From Candidatus Bathyarchaeota archaeon (GTDB lineage Archaea; Thermoproteota; Bathyarchaeia; 40CM-2-53-6): a stretch of DNA of 64,000 nt. The notes beneath the pieces are model-generated. The model saw nothing but the letters and a program-made list of their open reading frames with translations, did not search any database and was not told the DNA's origin. The DNA lies in NCBI GenBank assembly GCA_963783645.1, contig CAWAOH010000016.1, positions 141,719 to 205,718 of the forward strand, written 5' to 3'. Below, one piece after another: positions 10,214-20,096 of the stretch (within the stretch, counting starts at the first letter, position 1; each line of letters opens with the position of its first letter). Position numbers and translations under genes: made by a program.

Positions 10214-11894
10214 GTGTACAGTGAAAAGACCATCTCCACTTTGAGACGACGACATCGCGAATGGGAAAAAATCGTGGCAAATTGGGCGAACAGCTCACCT
10301 CAGCAGAAGGGAATTGTTGAAAACCCTTCAGGAATCCCACTTCAGAGACTGTATACCCCAACCGAAGTCTCACATGAAGATTACCTCCTGCACTTGGGGG
10401 TATCCAGGCGAGTACCCATACACGAGGGGAGTCTACCCAACTATGTATCGTGGCCGTCTGTGGACTATGCGGATGTTCTCTGGATTCGGCACTCCTGACG
10501 ATACGAATGCTCGACTCAAGTATCTCTTGCAGGAAGGTGAGACGGGTCTCAGCATAGCGTTTGACATGCCAACTTTGTACGGGTTCGATGCAGATCATGA
10601 AAGAGCGGAAGGTGAGGTTGGCAAATGCGGTGTATCCGTCTCGTCTTTGAAGGATATGGAGATCCTCTTTGACGGGATCCCACTGGATGAAGTGAGCACT
10701 TCCATGACCATCAACGCTCCAGCCTCCGTCCTCACATGTATGTACATGGCTGTGGCCGAGAAGCGTGGTCTCACAGTGTCGAAGCTGCGTGGGACTGTCC
10801 AGACCGATATTTTGAAGGAATACGCTGCCCAGAAAGAATGGGTGTATCCTCCTGAGGCTCACCTTAGAATAATCCGAGACATGATGCTCTATTCAGCGAA
10901 GCATCTGCCAGAATGGAACTACATCAGTGTCAGCGGCTACCACATTCGCGAAGCAGGTTCAAGCGCCTTGCAGGAATTAGCGTTCACGCTCGCTGATGGC
11001 TTCGCCTATCTAGATTTAGGACTAGAGGCTGACTTGAAAGTGGATGATTTTGCACCAAGGCTATCCTTTTTCTTCAATTGCGGCATGGATTTCTTTGAAG
11101 AAGTAGCGAAATTCCGTGCAGCACGAAGGATATGGGCACAGGTCGTGAAGGAGAAGTATCATGCAAGGAATCCTAAATCGATGCTGCTGAGATTCCACAC
11201 TCAGACGTCCGGAGCATCGCTAACCTGGCAACAGCCATTGAACAATATTGTGAGGACCGCTATCGAAGCCCTCGCTGCAGTGTTGGGGGGTACTCAATCA
11301 TTGCATACGAACGCCTATGATGAGGCGTGGGCGCTCCCGACGAAGGAGGCCGCGTTGGTCGCATTGAGAACGCAACAAATCATTGCGGAAGAAACTGGCG
11401 CCGCTGATGTAATCGACCCGTTGGGCGGCTCGTATTATGTGGAATGGTTGACCGATGAGATGGAAATGCGCACGTATGAATACCTAGCTAAAATAGAAGA
11501 GATTGGCGGGATCCTGCAGGCACTGAAGAAAGGATACATCCAGAAGGAGATCGCTGACACTGCTTACAAATACCAGCAGCAGATGGAGAATCATGATAGG
11601 ATTGTAGTTGGCGTAAACGCACACGTTATGAATGAACCTTCACCGATAAACACGCTACGAATCGACGAAAATGCTCGGCTAGGACAGATCGAGCGTCTGG
11701 ATAAAGTTAGAAAGTTCAGAGATTCTAAGAAAGTCGAATTGGCATTAGGCGACTTACAGCATTCCTTCCAGGATCCAAAATCGAATTGTATCTATCCCAT
11801 GCTGAAGGCTGTCAAAGCTTATGCCACTCTAGGTGAAATAGTGGAAGTCGGCAGAAAGGTATTCGGAGAATGGAAGGAACCTTCTATACTGTAG
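10214..11894 (+). CDS. Acyl-CoA mutase large subunit, isobutyryl-CoA-mutase-like; +1 frameshift in G run at 10396-10400
   Basis: SGIPLQRLYTP...HLG continues in another frame as YPGEYPYTRGVYPTMY. Motifs WTMRMFSGFG and QTDILKEYAAQKEW. Confidence 0.9.
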
Positions 11895-11906
11895 GAAACT
11901 GTGTAG

Positions 11907-12353
11907 GTGGCCGCGATTTCAACAGCTAAACTGATCTCAAGAGGAATACAGAGAAGAATCAGAATCCTAGTGGCGAAACCTGGTCTTGACGGACACGACC
12001 GCGGTGCCTTAATCCTCTGTAGAGCACTTCGAGATGCTGGGATGGAGGTCATATATGCAGGACTGCTCGCCAGCCCCGAGCAAGTAGCTCAAATGGCTAT
12101 CGATGAAGATGTAGACGTCGTAGCCCTGAGCCTCCTAAATGGAGCACACATGACCGCATTCGCGAAAGTAGCTAGAGCTTTGAAGGAGAAACGTGCGGCC
12201 GACATTCTACTCGTTGGCGGAGGAATCATACCTGAAGAAGATAAACCGAAACTCGAAAAACTCGGAATCACCGGGAACTTTGGTCCAGGGACATCACTGA
12301 AGACAATCATTGACCATATTGAAGAGCGCGTCAAGAAAGAACGATGGAAATAA
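11907..12353 (+). CDS. Cobalamin-binding small subunit of acyl-CoA mutase
   Basis: KPGLDGHDRGA (DxHxxG), SLLNGAH, VGGGIIP. Confidence 0.95.
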   Translation: MAAISTAKLISRGIQRRIRILVAKPGLDGHDRGALILCRALRDAGMEVIYAGLLASPEQVAQMAIDEDVDVVALSLLNGAHMTAFAKVARALKEKRAADILLVGGGIIPEEDKPKLEKLGITGNFGPGTSLKTIIDHIEERVKKERWK

Positions 12354-12354
12354 T

Positions 12355-12801
12355 TCATAGCCTTTCGAAGTAGGCAATATCGAGGATCGAGCCAGTCCGC
12401 TGCGCTTTGTCCTTGAAGACGACGCGCACTTTGTCGCCGATCGCAACGTCACCGTGAACCTTCTGAATTAGCCCTCCATGAGTTCCATTGAAACGAACAA
12501 ACGCTACCGTCGTTGGTTTCTCCATAGCTTTTCCCTGCGAGTCCCTATAGCAAGTTGTATAGCTCTCAACTGTTCCCGTGTTCTCCACATTCACGAAATC
12601 AACTAGTCTTGACATGCAACGTTCGCAAAAGATTCGCGGAGGAACGTAAGTGATATCACATTTCTTACAGCGACTGCCAACCAGTTTTCCATTATCTTTG
12701 ATTTCGCGAAAGAACTTCTCGCCCGCAACTCCTACAGTGTACCTGAAGTAGACGGGGAAGTCTCCTTCCACTTTCCAAATGTCAGTTGACATTTCCCTCA
12801 T
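12355..12801 (-). CDS. DUF35 Zn-ribbon/OB-fold protein
   Basis: GSRCKKC..YVPPRIFCERC, GTVESYT. ATGA overlap with the upstream gene. Confidence 0.9.
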   Translation of the reverse strand: MREMSTDIWKVEGDFPVYFRYTVGVAGEKFFREIKDNGKLVGSRCKKCDITYVPPRIFCERCMSRLVDFVNVENTGTVESYTTCYRDSQGKAMEKPTTVAFVRFNGTHGGLIQKVHGDVAIGDKVRVVFKDKAQRTGSILDIAYFERL

Positions 12802-13304
12802 TCCCCGATTGGTTTGAAGTAATGGATGTCCGTGATTGATCCCGTTCTTTCGGAAGGTTGCTTCCACACTGCTTTGACCTTCAGTCCTATTCTGATGGCG
12901 TCGGGTTTTATTTCTCCAAGGATGTGAAGAAATCCGGCTTTGTCAGTTCCGTCGATCTCAATCACTGCGGGAATTATCGGTGTTTTCAGTCGAGTGGTGT
13001 CGGTTGAGATATGAGATACTGAGTAAGTGTTAATGATGCCTGTGTCTGGCAGATTCAGATAACTGTCGGAACGGCGGAAACAATATTCACAGAATATGCG
13101 TGGTGGCACAACTATTCTTCCGCATTTCTCACATTTACTCCCGTAGATTCTGCCTTCTTTCAATCCCCCAAGAAACTTCGATATAGCAATTCCAGTAGCC
13201 CAAGCATACTTTGCCTGAGGGTGATACATCACTGTCAACACCTTCTGCTTCGCAAGGTCTTCTTCGCTGAGAGGAGTTCCAGACGGAGGTATGTTCGTTT
13301 TCAC
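12798..13304 (-). CDS. DUF35 Zn-ribbon/OB-fold protein
   Basis: GSKCEKCGRIVVPPRIFCEYC, VKAVWK..ERTGSITDI. Confidence 0.9.
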   Translation of the reverse strand: MKTNIPPSGTPLSEEDLAKQKVLTVMYHPQAKYAWATGIAISKFLGGLKEGRIYGSKCEKCGRIVVPPRIFCEYCFRRSDSYLNLPDTGIINTYSVSHISTDTTRLKTPIIPAVIEIDGTDKAGFLHILGEIKPDAIRIGLKVKAVWKQPSERTGSITDIHYFKPIGE

Positions 13305-13317
13305 TGAAGGTTGCCTC

Positions 13318-13596
13318 TTAGGATCTCATTACGACGACTGTTCCAATTTGCATAAGATCTCCCCATGCTTGGGCGACTGCAGTGCGAGGGTCGCCTGCTA
13401 CCTGGCGTTTTCCTGCTTCGCCGCGAAGCTGCCAGAACAATTCACAAATCTTCATGAGACCAGCCGCCGCGATCGGATTACCCACACCCAGCAATCCTCC
13501 TGACGGGCAGATTGGGAGTTTTCCATCCCGTTGCGTAACTCCTTCGGCTGTGAGCTTCGGAGCTTCGCCTTTTCGGCAGAGTAGCAACCCCTCCAT
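13318..13596 (-). pseudogene. C-terminal fragment of an SCP2-type thiolase
   Basis: GKLPICPSGGLLGVGNPIAAAG..QLRGEAGKRQV. The N-terminal ~300 aa are absent upstream. Confidence 0.85.
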
Positions 13597-14855
13597 CACC
13601 ACGCCTCACAGAGGTCATAATTGACATGTGGAACAACTCAGCACTAGGCAAAGGGGCCCCCTAGTCATAACCGCCATCGAAAAGAAGTATCAAGTGCACC
13701 TAGCAGCGCTAGCACAAGAGGTATACTCCGCTTACAAGGCCTCAAAAGGCAGTGAAGAGGGCCTTCAACTACTCATCAAAAGTATACCCCACGCCCAACA
13801 ACTCCCTCGACCACACCTCAAACCCCACCCTCAACCGCTATAATTACACCTGAAGACCAAAAATCAAGCACAAATCAGGCATTACAACCGAATAGTCGCT
13901 CCCTGAAGGAGAGGTAAATGGTGGGGTAGGAGGTAGTGGTAGTGGGAGTCAGACGGTGGCGCATTGAAGGCGTGGTAGAAGGTGTAGTTGACGTGTTCGC
14001 AGCGGACCCAGAAGTTGAGTGATGAGCGGGCAATCAGTATGGCAAAAAGGAGACCCATTCATCTCAAAAGGGGTCACCGGAACCTCCAACGAGGGCTACT
14101 GCAAGCTTTGCGGAACGTTAGGGCCAGAAAACGAAATTACCCGTCGTTGAGAAGGCCGCTGAGATTGTTGCAGAAGCTTGCCGAATCCGTGTATAAGGGG
14201 GACAGTGACCCGAATAGCGACCCGAAGGCGATAAGGAACGTGTTGGCTACCGTGCCAAGAGCGCGTAAGGAGCCTGCAACAGCTCCAAGTACGCCGCCGA
14301 GAGCTCCCCAAAACCTTGCTGGAGCGTGTCGAGAAGCACGCAAGGACCACAAACATCACAACAAGGACCAATCTTGAATACGAATTTGGCCCCAAATGGT
14401 GATGTTAATCAAACAAGGTCTAGAACACGCAGCAAACACTCCAAAATAAGGGTCCAAACACTGTGCCGAACAGTCAAAACGGTGTCTAGAACAGTCAGGT
14501 CGACCCTCTCTGCAAGTACTTCGCCCCTCCCACCGGATGATGGTGGTGGAAGGCGTTATTTGCTGATGCCGATGGGCGCAAGTATGACACTGGAGGAGGC
14601 TCTTTCATTAAACCGCGTCGGCCGCGCACAAACTTCTCCAACCACAACATCCCTGCAAGAGCTCTCGCAACCAGAATCCGCACTGAAAAGCTGTCAAGAA
14701 ACGGTTCGGCTAGCGTCGTCTAGTAATCACAAGCGAATTGCCATGAAATCACCATGGACAGAAAGGATTGTCCACTGTAACGATTCGTGCGTCGATTTGG
14801 TCTCGATACGTTCATTTATCCGCCATCCCAATCGCAGATCAGGATTGTCATCGAA

Positions 14856-16028
14856 ATGGTTTCGCCAGTCGCCTGCATAGTCTCCGCTGGCATCACGAAG
14901 TTTGGTGTCCGTGAGGGACTCTATAGCAGGGAATTGTTCGCGGAGGCAGAAAAGGAAGCAGTTGACAAGTGCCCAAACCTGGATCCTAGGAAGGATATCC
15001 AAGCCCTTTTTGTTGGTATGATGAGCGAGTCGTATGAGCATCAGGCACACGTTGCGCCCTTATTCCTTGACTGGGTTGGCCTACTGCCTAAACCAGCTTT
15101 CAGAACCGAAGGCGCTTGCGCCTCTTCAAGCGTCGCACTCAGAGTCGCCTTATTTTCTATAGCTTCCGGCATGTATGACGTTGTTCTCGTTGGAGGAGTC
15201 GAAAAAATGACCCATGTGAGCACTACCGGTGTCACGGAGATACTTGCGATGGCATCCGACTTCCCATTCGAACAGTGGCACGGCATCTCGTTCCCAGGGA
15301 TTTTCGGAATGATGGCGGTAGATCATATGCACCGCTATGGGACTACCGAGGAGCAGTTGGCGAAGGTTGCCGTGAAGAATCATGATCATGGTGTGCTGAA
15401 TCCGAAAGCTCACTTTCAGAAGCGAATCACAGTGGATGACGTTCTCTCATCCCAACCTGTGGCATGGCCGCTCAAATTGTATGACTGCTGCCCGCGAAGT
15501 GATGGTGCCAGCTGCATCATACTAGCATCGCCGAAGGTGGCGAAGAAGTTCACGGACACCCCAGTGAACATTATCGGGTCGGGGCATGCGCAGGACACTC
15601 TCAGCCTGGCCGAGAGGGAGAACTTCAGTGCCATGCAGGTCACAAAGCTCGCTTCTCATGAAGCTTACAGCATGGCCAAGATTACGCCGCAGGATGTTGA
15701 CGTAGCTGAACTTCACGACTGTTTTACAATTGCAGAGATAATTGCGTACGAGGATCTTGGATTTTGCAAGGTCGGAGAGGGCGGCAAGTTCATCGACGAA
15801 GGCCAAACGCACCTTGGGGGAAAAATTCCCGTGAACACTAGCGGCGGATTGAAAGCGAAGGGGCATCCTGTGGGTGCAACTGGTATAGCGCAAGCATGCG
15901 AAATCTATCTGCAGTTGACAAACCAAGCAGGGAAAAGACAAGTTTCTGGTGCGGAGATCGGGCTCACTGAGAACGTGGGAGGGGCAGCGTCCACTGGATT
16001 GGTACACGTGTATCAAAGAGGAGATTGA
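14856..16028 (+). CDS. SCP2-type thiolase (acetyl-CoA acyltransferase)
   Basis: EGACASS, AVKNH, ELHDCFT, NTSGGLKAKGHPVGATG. Confidence 0.93.
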   Translation: MVSPVACIVSAGITKFGVREGLYSRELFAEAEKEAVDKCPNLDPRKDIQALFVGMMSESYEHQAHVAPLFLDWVGLLPKPAFRTEGACASSSVALRVALFSIASGMYDVVLVGGVEKMTHVSTTGVTEILAMASDFPFEQWHGISFPGIFGMMAVDHMHRYGTTEEQLAKVAVKNHDHGVLNPKAHFQKRITVDDVLSSQPVAWPLKLYDCCPRSDGASCIILASPKVAKKFTDTPVNIIGSGHAQDTLSLAERENFSAMQVTKLASHEAYSMAKITPQDVDVAELHDCFTIAEIIAYEDLGFCKVGEGGKFIDEGQTHLGGKIPVNTSGGLKAKGHPVGATGIAQACEIYLQLTNQAGKRQVSGAEIGLTENVGGAASTGLVHVYQRGD

Positions 16029-16031
16029 ACG

Positions 16032-16481
16032 ATGTCAAAGACAACACTAAGGCAGGAAAACAAAACAGCTTTCGTAATAGACGAAACTGGAACTATCCTA
16101 CCTACAGTACAGAATTTCTACAACTACTGTTCAGAGCGCAAACTCATGGGGACAAAGTGCACGAAATGTGGCGCGATAATGTGCCCACCTCGCACGATCT
16201 GTAAAAAATGCCTAGGACCCAAGTTTGAATGGGTCGAATTCAAAGGACGCGGAAAGCTCCTAACTTACACAATCATTCACTTTCCTCCAACCCAATTTCA
16301 AGCACTCGCTCCCTATGCCGTGGGCATAGTCAAACTGGAAGAAGGACCACAACTATCGGGCATGATCAAGAACGTGAAAGTCGAAGAAATCCAAATAGGA
16401 ATGCCGCTACAGGTCGACTATGAAACCGCTATTCCAAAGGAATGGCCAAGATGGGCAAGATACTTTTTCAAACCTGAGTAG
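16032..16481 (+). CDS. DUF35 Zn-ribbon/OB-fold protein
   Basis: KCTKCG..PPRTICKKC, GKLLTYTII. Directly downstream of the thiolase. Confidence 0.9.
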   Translation: MSKTTLRQENKTAFVIDETGTILPTVQNFYNYCSERKLMGTKCTKCGAIMCPPRTICKKCLGPKFEWVEFKGRGKLLTYTIIHFPPTQFQALAPYAVGIVKLEEGPQLSGMIKNVKVEEIQIGMPLQVDYETAIPKEWPRWARYFFKPE

Positions 16482-16567
16482 TCAGCACGATCGGTTGCAT
16501 TCCTAGTTCCTCGGATTGGAATATTCCTATCAGCATAATTAGCTCTCCAAATTATTAATATAGGAAT

Positions 16568-17551
16568 ATGCTGACGGAGCGCCGTCAAATCGAGGGTCTA
16601 GGCAAAGTGGATCAATTTCATCTGACTGGCGTCTTTCCCAGATCGGAACAACTCATTGAGGTATCTCGACGGTTGGATTGCGGTTTGGCAAATGAGGCCG
16701 AACTTCAGAATAGTCTGGATGACGCAGCGCAAGGATTGATTCAGCTGCAGATTGAGAATCAGTTCGACCTGTTAGTGGACGGGCAATTGAATTGGCAGGA
16801 TCTATTCCGGCCTTTCACTGATCTCTTTAGCGGGATTGAACTTGGCAGTTTGACGCGCTGGTTTGATAACAATACTTTCTTTCGAGCGCCAGTGGTGAAG
16901 GATAAGGTACGGCGGAGCAAGGTTAGCATCGATAAATACTTCCTTCATACTCTTATCCCTAATCGGCATCGTAAATCGATATTGCCTGGACCATTCACTT
17001 TCGCGAAACTCTCACGGAACGACACTCACGCTAGCTTTGCGGATCTCGTTGACGACCTCGCGCATGCGCTTGCTGAGGTAGCTAGCGAGCTGACTCAGAA
17101 AGGATACACATTCATCCAATTCAACGAACCATCACTCTTCGCAGCAAATCGGGAAGAACTAGAAGCTGCCAGACATGGGTTCGAGACGCTAGCGAAGATT
17201 AGTTCGCGTATCATGATTCAAACTTACTTTGGCAGTATCCACGGCATCATTGCAGAACTGTTAGATTTTCCTGTAAATTGCATCGGCATCGATCTCTATG
17301 CAAACGATATCACTGACCTCTCTCAGCGGGCGTTTGATAGAGAGCTAAGCTGCGGCTGCGTCGACGGACGCAACTCCTTACTTGAATCCCCAGAACACAT
17401 TATCGACTTGATGACTAAGGTGAGAAACTCTGTCGAGCCGCGTCAGTTGTACGTCGGCCCGAATTGTGATCTCGAATTTCTTCCCTACTCCGTCGCCGAA
17501 AAGAAAGTTCGATTGTTAGGAGAGGTAAGGAGAAAGCTGAATGTCCAGTAG
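16568..17551 (+). CDS. Cobalamin-independent methionine synthase, N-terminal-like subunit (split MetE)
   Basis: DGQLNWQDLFRP, TRWFDNNTFFRAP, ILPGPFT, IQFNEPSL, VDGRNS. No HxC zinc motif. Confidence 0.8.
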   Translation: MLTERRQIEGLGKVDQFHLTGVFPRSEQLIEVSRRLDCGLANEAELQNSLDDAAQGLIQLQIENQFDLLVDGQLNWQDLFRPFTDLFSGIELGSLTRWFDNNTFFRAPVVKDKVRRSKVSIDKYFLHTLIPNRHRKSILPGPFTFAKLSRNDTHASFADLVDDLAHALAEVASELTQKGYTFIQFNEPSLFAANREELEAARHGFETLAKISSRIMIQTYFGSIHGIIAELLDFPVNCIGIDLYANDITDLSQRAFDRELSCGCVDGRNSLLESPEHIIDLMTKVRNSVEPRQLYVGPNCDLEFLPYSVAEKKVRLLGEVRRKLNVQ

Positions 17552-18678
17552 TTTGTTTCCCACGCAGGAGATTGGAAGCCTACCCAAAGCCCCTTGGCTT
17601 CTCTCCTACCTTCGCGGCAAGAAACTAGAACAAATAGACTTGGATCATTTGGAAAAATGGTCAAACGTTTTAGAGTTCGAATGCAAAAGTGAAGCTCTCA
17701 CAATTCTGAATCAGCCCAAGACCAAGGATAACGAGCTGCGCTTGAGGCAGCTAGCCTCGCTTTTCGGAATCCGCTTTCTGGAATCTTCAGGACTCGATAT
17801 CGTGTACGATGGAGAAGCAAACCGGATAGAGATGTACGAGCATGCGATCAGAAACGCAGATGGCTTCGAGTTCTATGGACGCGTTCGTTCCTTTGACAAC
17901 CGATACTACCGAAAAGCCGCCTGTGTCCAGAAAGTGGGATTTCGTGTTCCATATCACTTGGACGAGTTCAATTACGTTTCGAAACACGCGACAAAGCAAG
18001 TGAAAGTTCCGATAACTGGACCATACACGTTGGCGGAATGGTCGTTTAATGAATTCTACCAGAAGAAACTGATGAGTGGAGGTACAGGTCTCAAATCCAT
18101 CAAGCAGGATGCAAAGAGAGAGTTTCTCCTAGACATCGCCAATGAACTTCTCAGACCCAACATAGACGCCCTCACCCGAGCGGGTGCTACTTGGATTCAA
18201 GTAGACGAACCCGCATTGGCCACTGCGGCCCGAAGATGTTCCGCTTTTCGTAGAAGCTTTCAACGAATGCACCCGCGGAATAAACTGCAAACTAAGCGTT
18301 CACATATGCTACAGCGACTACCAATCACTATACCCCCACATCTTGGAGCTAAAGAACTGCAGCCAATTGGCTCTTGAATTCGCAAACCGCGACAGTGGTA
18401 AACATGACGCATACGAACAACTGCGCCTGTTGAAAGACTCGGGAGACAACCGTGAAATCGGTCTGGGCGTTGTAGACGTCCACGTGAACACTATAGAGGA
18501 TCCGAAGATCGTGCTGGAGAGAACCGTCCACGCTGCAAAGTTCATTGAACCAACCAAGATCTACTTGAACCCAGATTGCGGACTTCGAACGCGACCCTGG
18601 GATGTAACCTATGCAAAGCTTCGAAGCATAGTGATTGGTGCGGATCTCGCAAGGAAATCTCTTGTCAGAGGCAGTTGA
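17541..18678 (+). CDS. metE: Cobalamin-independent methionine synthase, catalytic Zn subunit; frameshift near 18225
   Basis: TQEIGSLPK, KVPITGPYTL, IQVDEPA, then in the shifted frame SVHICYS, ALEF, GVVDVH, NPDCGL. Confidence 0.85.
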
Positions 18679-19572
18679 TTGACGCGTCTATCCGATATTC
18701 TTGCGGTAAAACGAAGAATAGTGACTACAGAGTTCCTGCCGCCAAACTTTCCGGATTTAACTGAACTCGTTCAAGTAGCGTTGAAAGTGGCTAATGCTGT
18801 AGATTGCATAAGCATCCCGGAAATCAAGGCAAATTACAATAACGTACCCCGACACAGAATGAATCCGTTCCATGTCGCATTACGTATTCGTGACTTAACG
18901 GGTGTCGAGACCCTATTTCACCTAACCCCACGTGATTACAATAAGAATGCCATCGCCGGCACATTACTGGCGGCAGCTCAATCAAACCTGCACAATCTGC
19001 TCGTAATTGGTGGAGATCGATACACCTATGATGAGACCATTAGTATCGCTAAGAACGTGTATGATTTCGCCAATAGTGTGGAAATGATCAAAGGCATTAG
19101 GAGTTTCGAGAATGAGTTTGATCTGAATGGGTCACAGAAGTTCTTCGTGGCGGCTGGTACTGACCCAACACTCATCTATTCTCAGGATAAGATGAAGCTT
19201 GAAAAGGAAATGGACAGACTGCTTGGACGTCAGGATGCAGGAGCGGACGCCATCCAAACCCAACCCGTATTCGATTTGAGTTGTCTCGAGTTCATTGATA
19301 TCGCACGAGAACATGGCGTCAGGGTCCCATTTATGGTCGGATTGCTTCCCTTGCGGAGCGAAGCTGATGCCGGTTATATAGAAAGACGATTCGGGATAAC
19401 AATTCCTCATGATTACAAAACTTCGTTAAAGGATCCTTTTGATGGCGAAAGGAAGCCATGTGAACTCGCAGTTGAGTTGCTGAAGAACGGAGTGACCTGC
19501 TTGCACATATATCCGCGGGAAGATCTGAATTTTGTGTTGCGAGTAGCTGAGGCGATTAAGATCAGTTCATGA
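18679..19572 (+). CDS. metF: Methylenetetrahydrofolate reductase family protein
   Basis: EFLPP, HLTPRDYN, LVIGGD, AGADAIQTQPVFD. Abuts the metE pair. Confidence 0.8.
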   Translation: MTRLSDILAVKRRIVTTEFLPPNFPDLTELVQVALKVANAVDCISIPEIKANYNNVPRHRMNPFHVALRIRDLTGVETLFHLTPRDYNKNAIAGTLLAAAQSNLHNLLVIGGDRYTYDETISIAKNVYDFANSVEMIKGIRSFENEFDLNGSQKFFVAAGTDPTLIYSQDKMKLEKEMDRLLGRQDAGADAIQTQPVFDLSCLEFIDIAREHGVRVPFMVGLLPLRSEADAGYIERRFGITIPHDYKTSLKDPFDGERKPCELAVELLKNGVTCLHIYPREDLNFVLRVAEAIKISS

Positions 19573-19574
19573 CT

Positions 19575-20096
19575 CTAACGGACTTCGAGGAGCACAGTAT
19601 CCTTTTTGACGGTTGCTCCTTCCCGCACTCTAATTGAAGCCACTCGCCCAGACTTGTGGGAAACAATCTCGTTTTGCATTTTCATCGCTTCAAGTATCAA
19701 GAGTGGGGTACCGACCGATACCTCGTCTCCCAGTTTAACCATAATGCTAGTTACTCTGCCAGGCATGATCGCACGGATCTCTCCGCTTTCTGTCTTCGAA
19801 GTTGGTTTCGTTAGTTCCGCAAGTCCTCCGGGTCCGACGGGTGTGACTGAGAACTGGAAGGGTAATCCGCCGACCCAGACCTCGACCTTATCCGACCCTA
19901 GCGATCTTGATCTAGCGTGGACCCTCACGCCTTCTCTGGTGATTGCCCATGCCGCGATTTCTTCGAGCCTATCGCAAGCGCAATCGATTACAGCATCGTT
20001 TACCGTGACTCGGCATTCTCTCTTGTTTTTTGGCTCAACGATCACTGTGTATGATTGTTCGTTCGCTTGTACTCTGTATGTTTGCAATTCTACCAA
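19575..20096 (-). CDS. accB: Biotin carboxyl carrier protein
   Basis: AIMPGRV, LEAMKMQNEI biotinylation motif. Confidence 0.93.
   Translation of the reverse strand: MVELQTYRVQANEQSYTVIVEPKNKRECRVTVNDAVIDCACDRLEEIAAWAITREGVRVHARSRSLGSDKVEVWVGGLPFQFSVTPVGPGGLAELTKPTSKTESGEIRAIMPGRVTSIMVKLGDEVSVGTPLLILEAMKMQNEIVSHKSGRVASIRVREGATVKKDTVLLEVR

Noticed and set aside
10390..10405. Programmed frameshifting in the mutase
   Set aside because: A simple G homopolymer in a window with many indels; no stimulatory structure.
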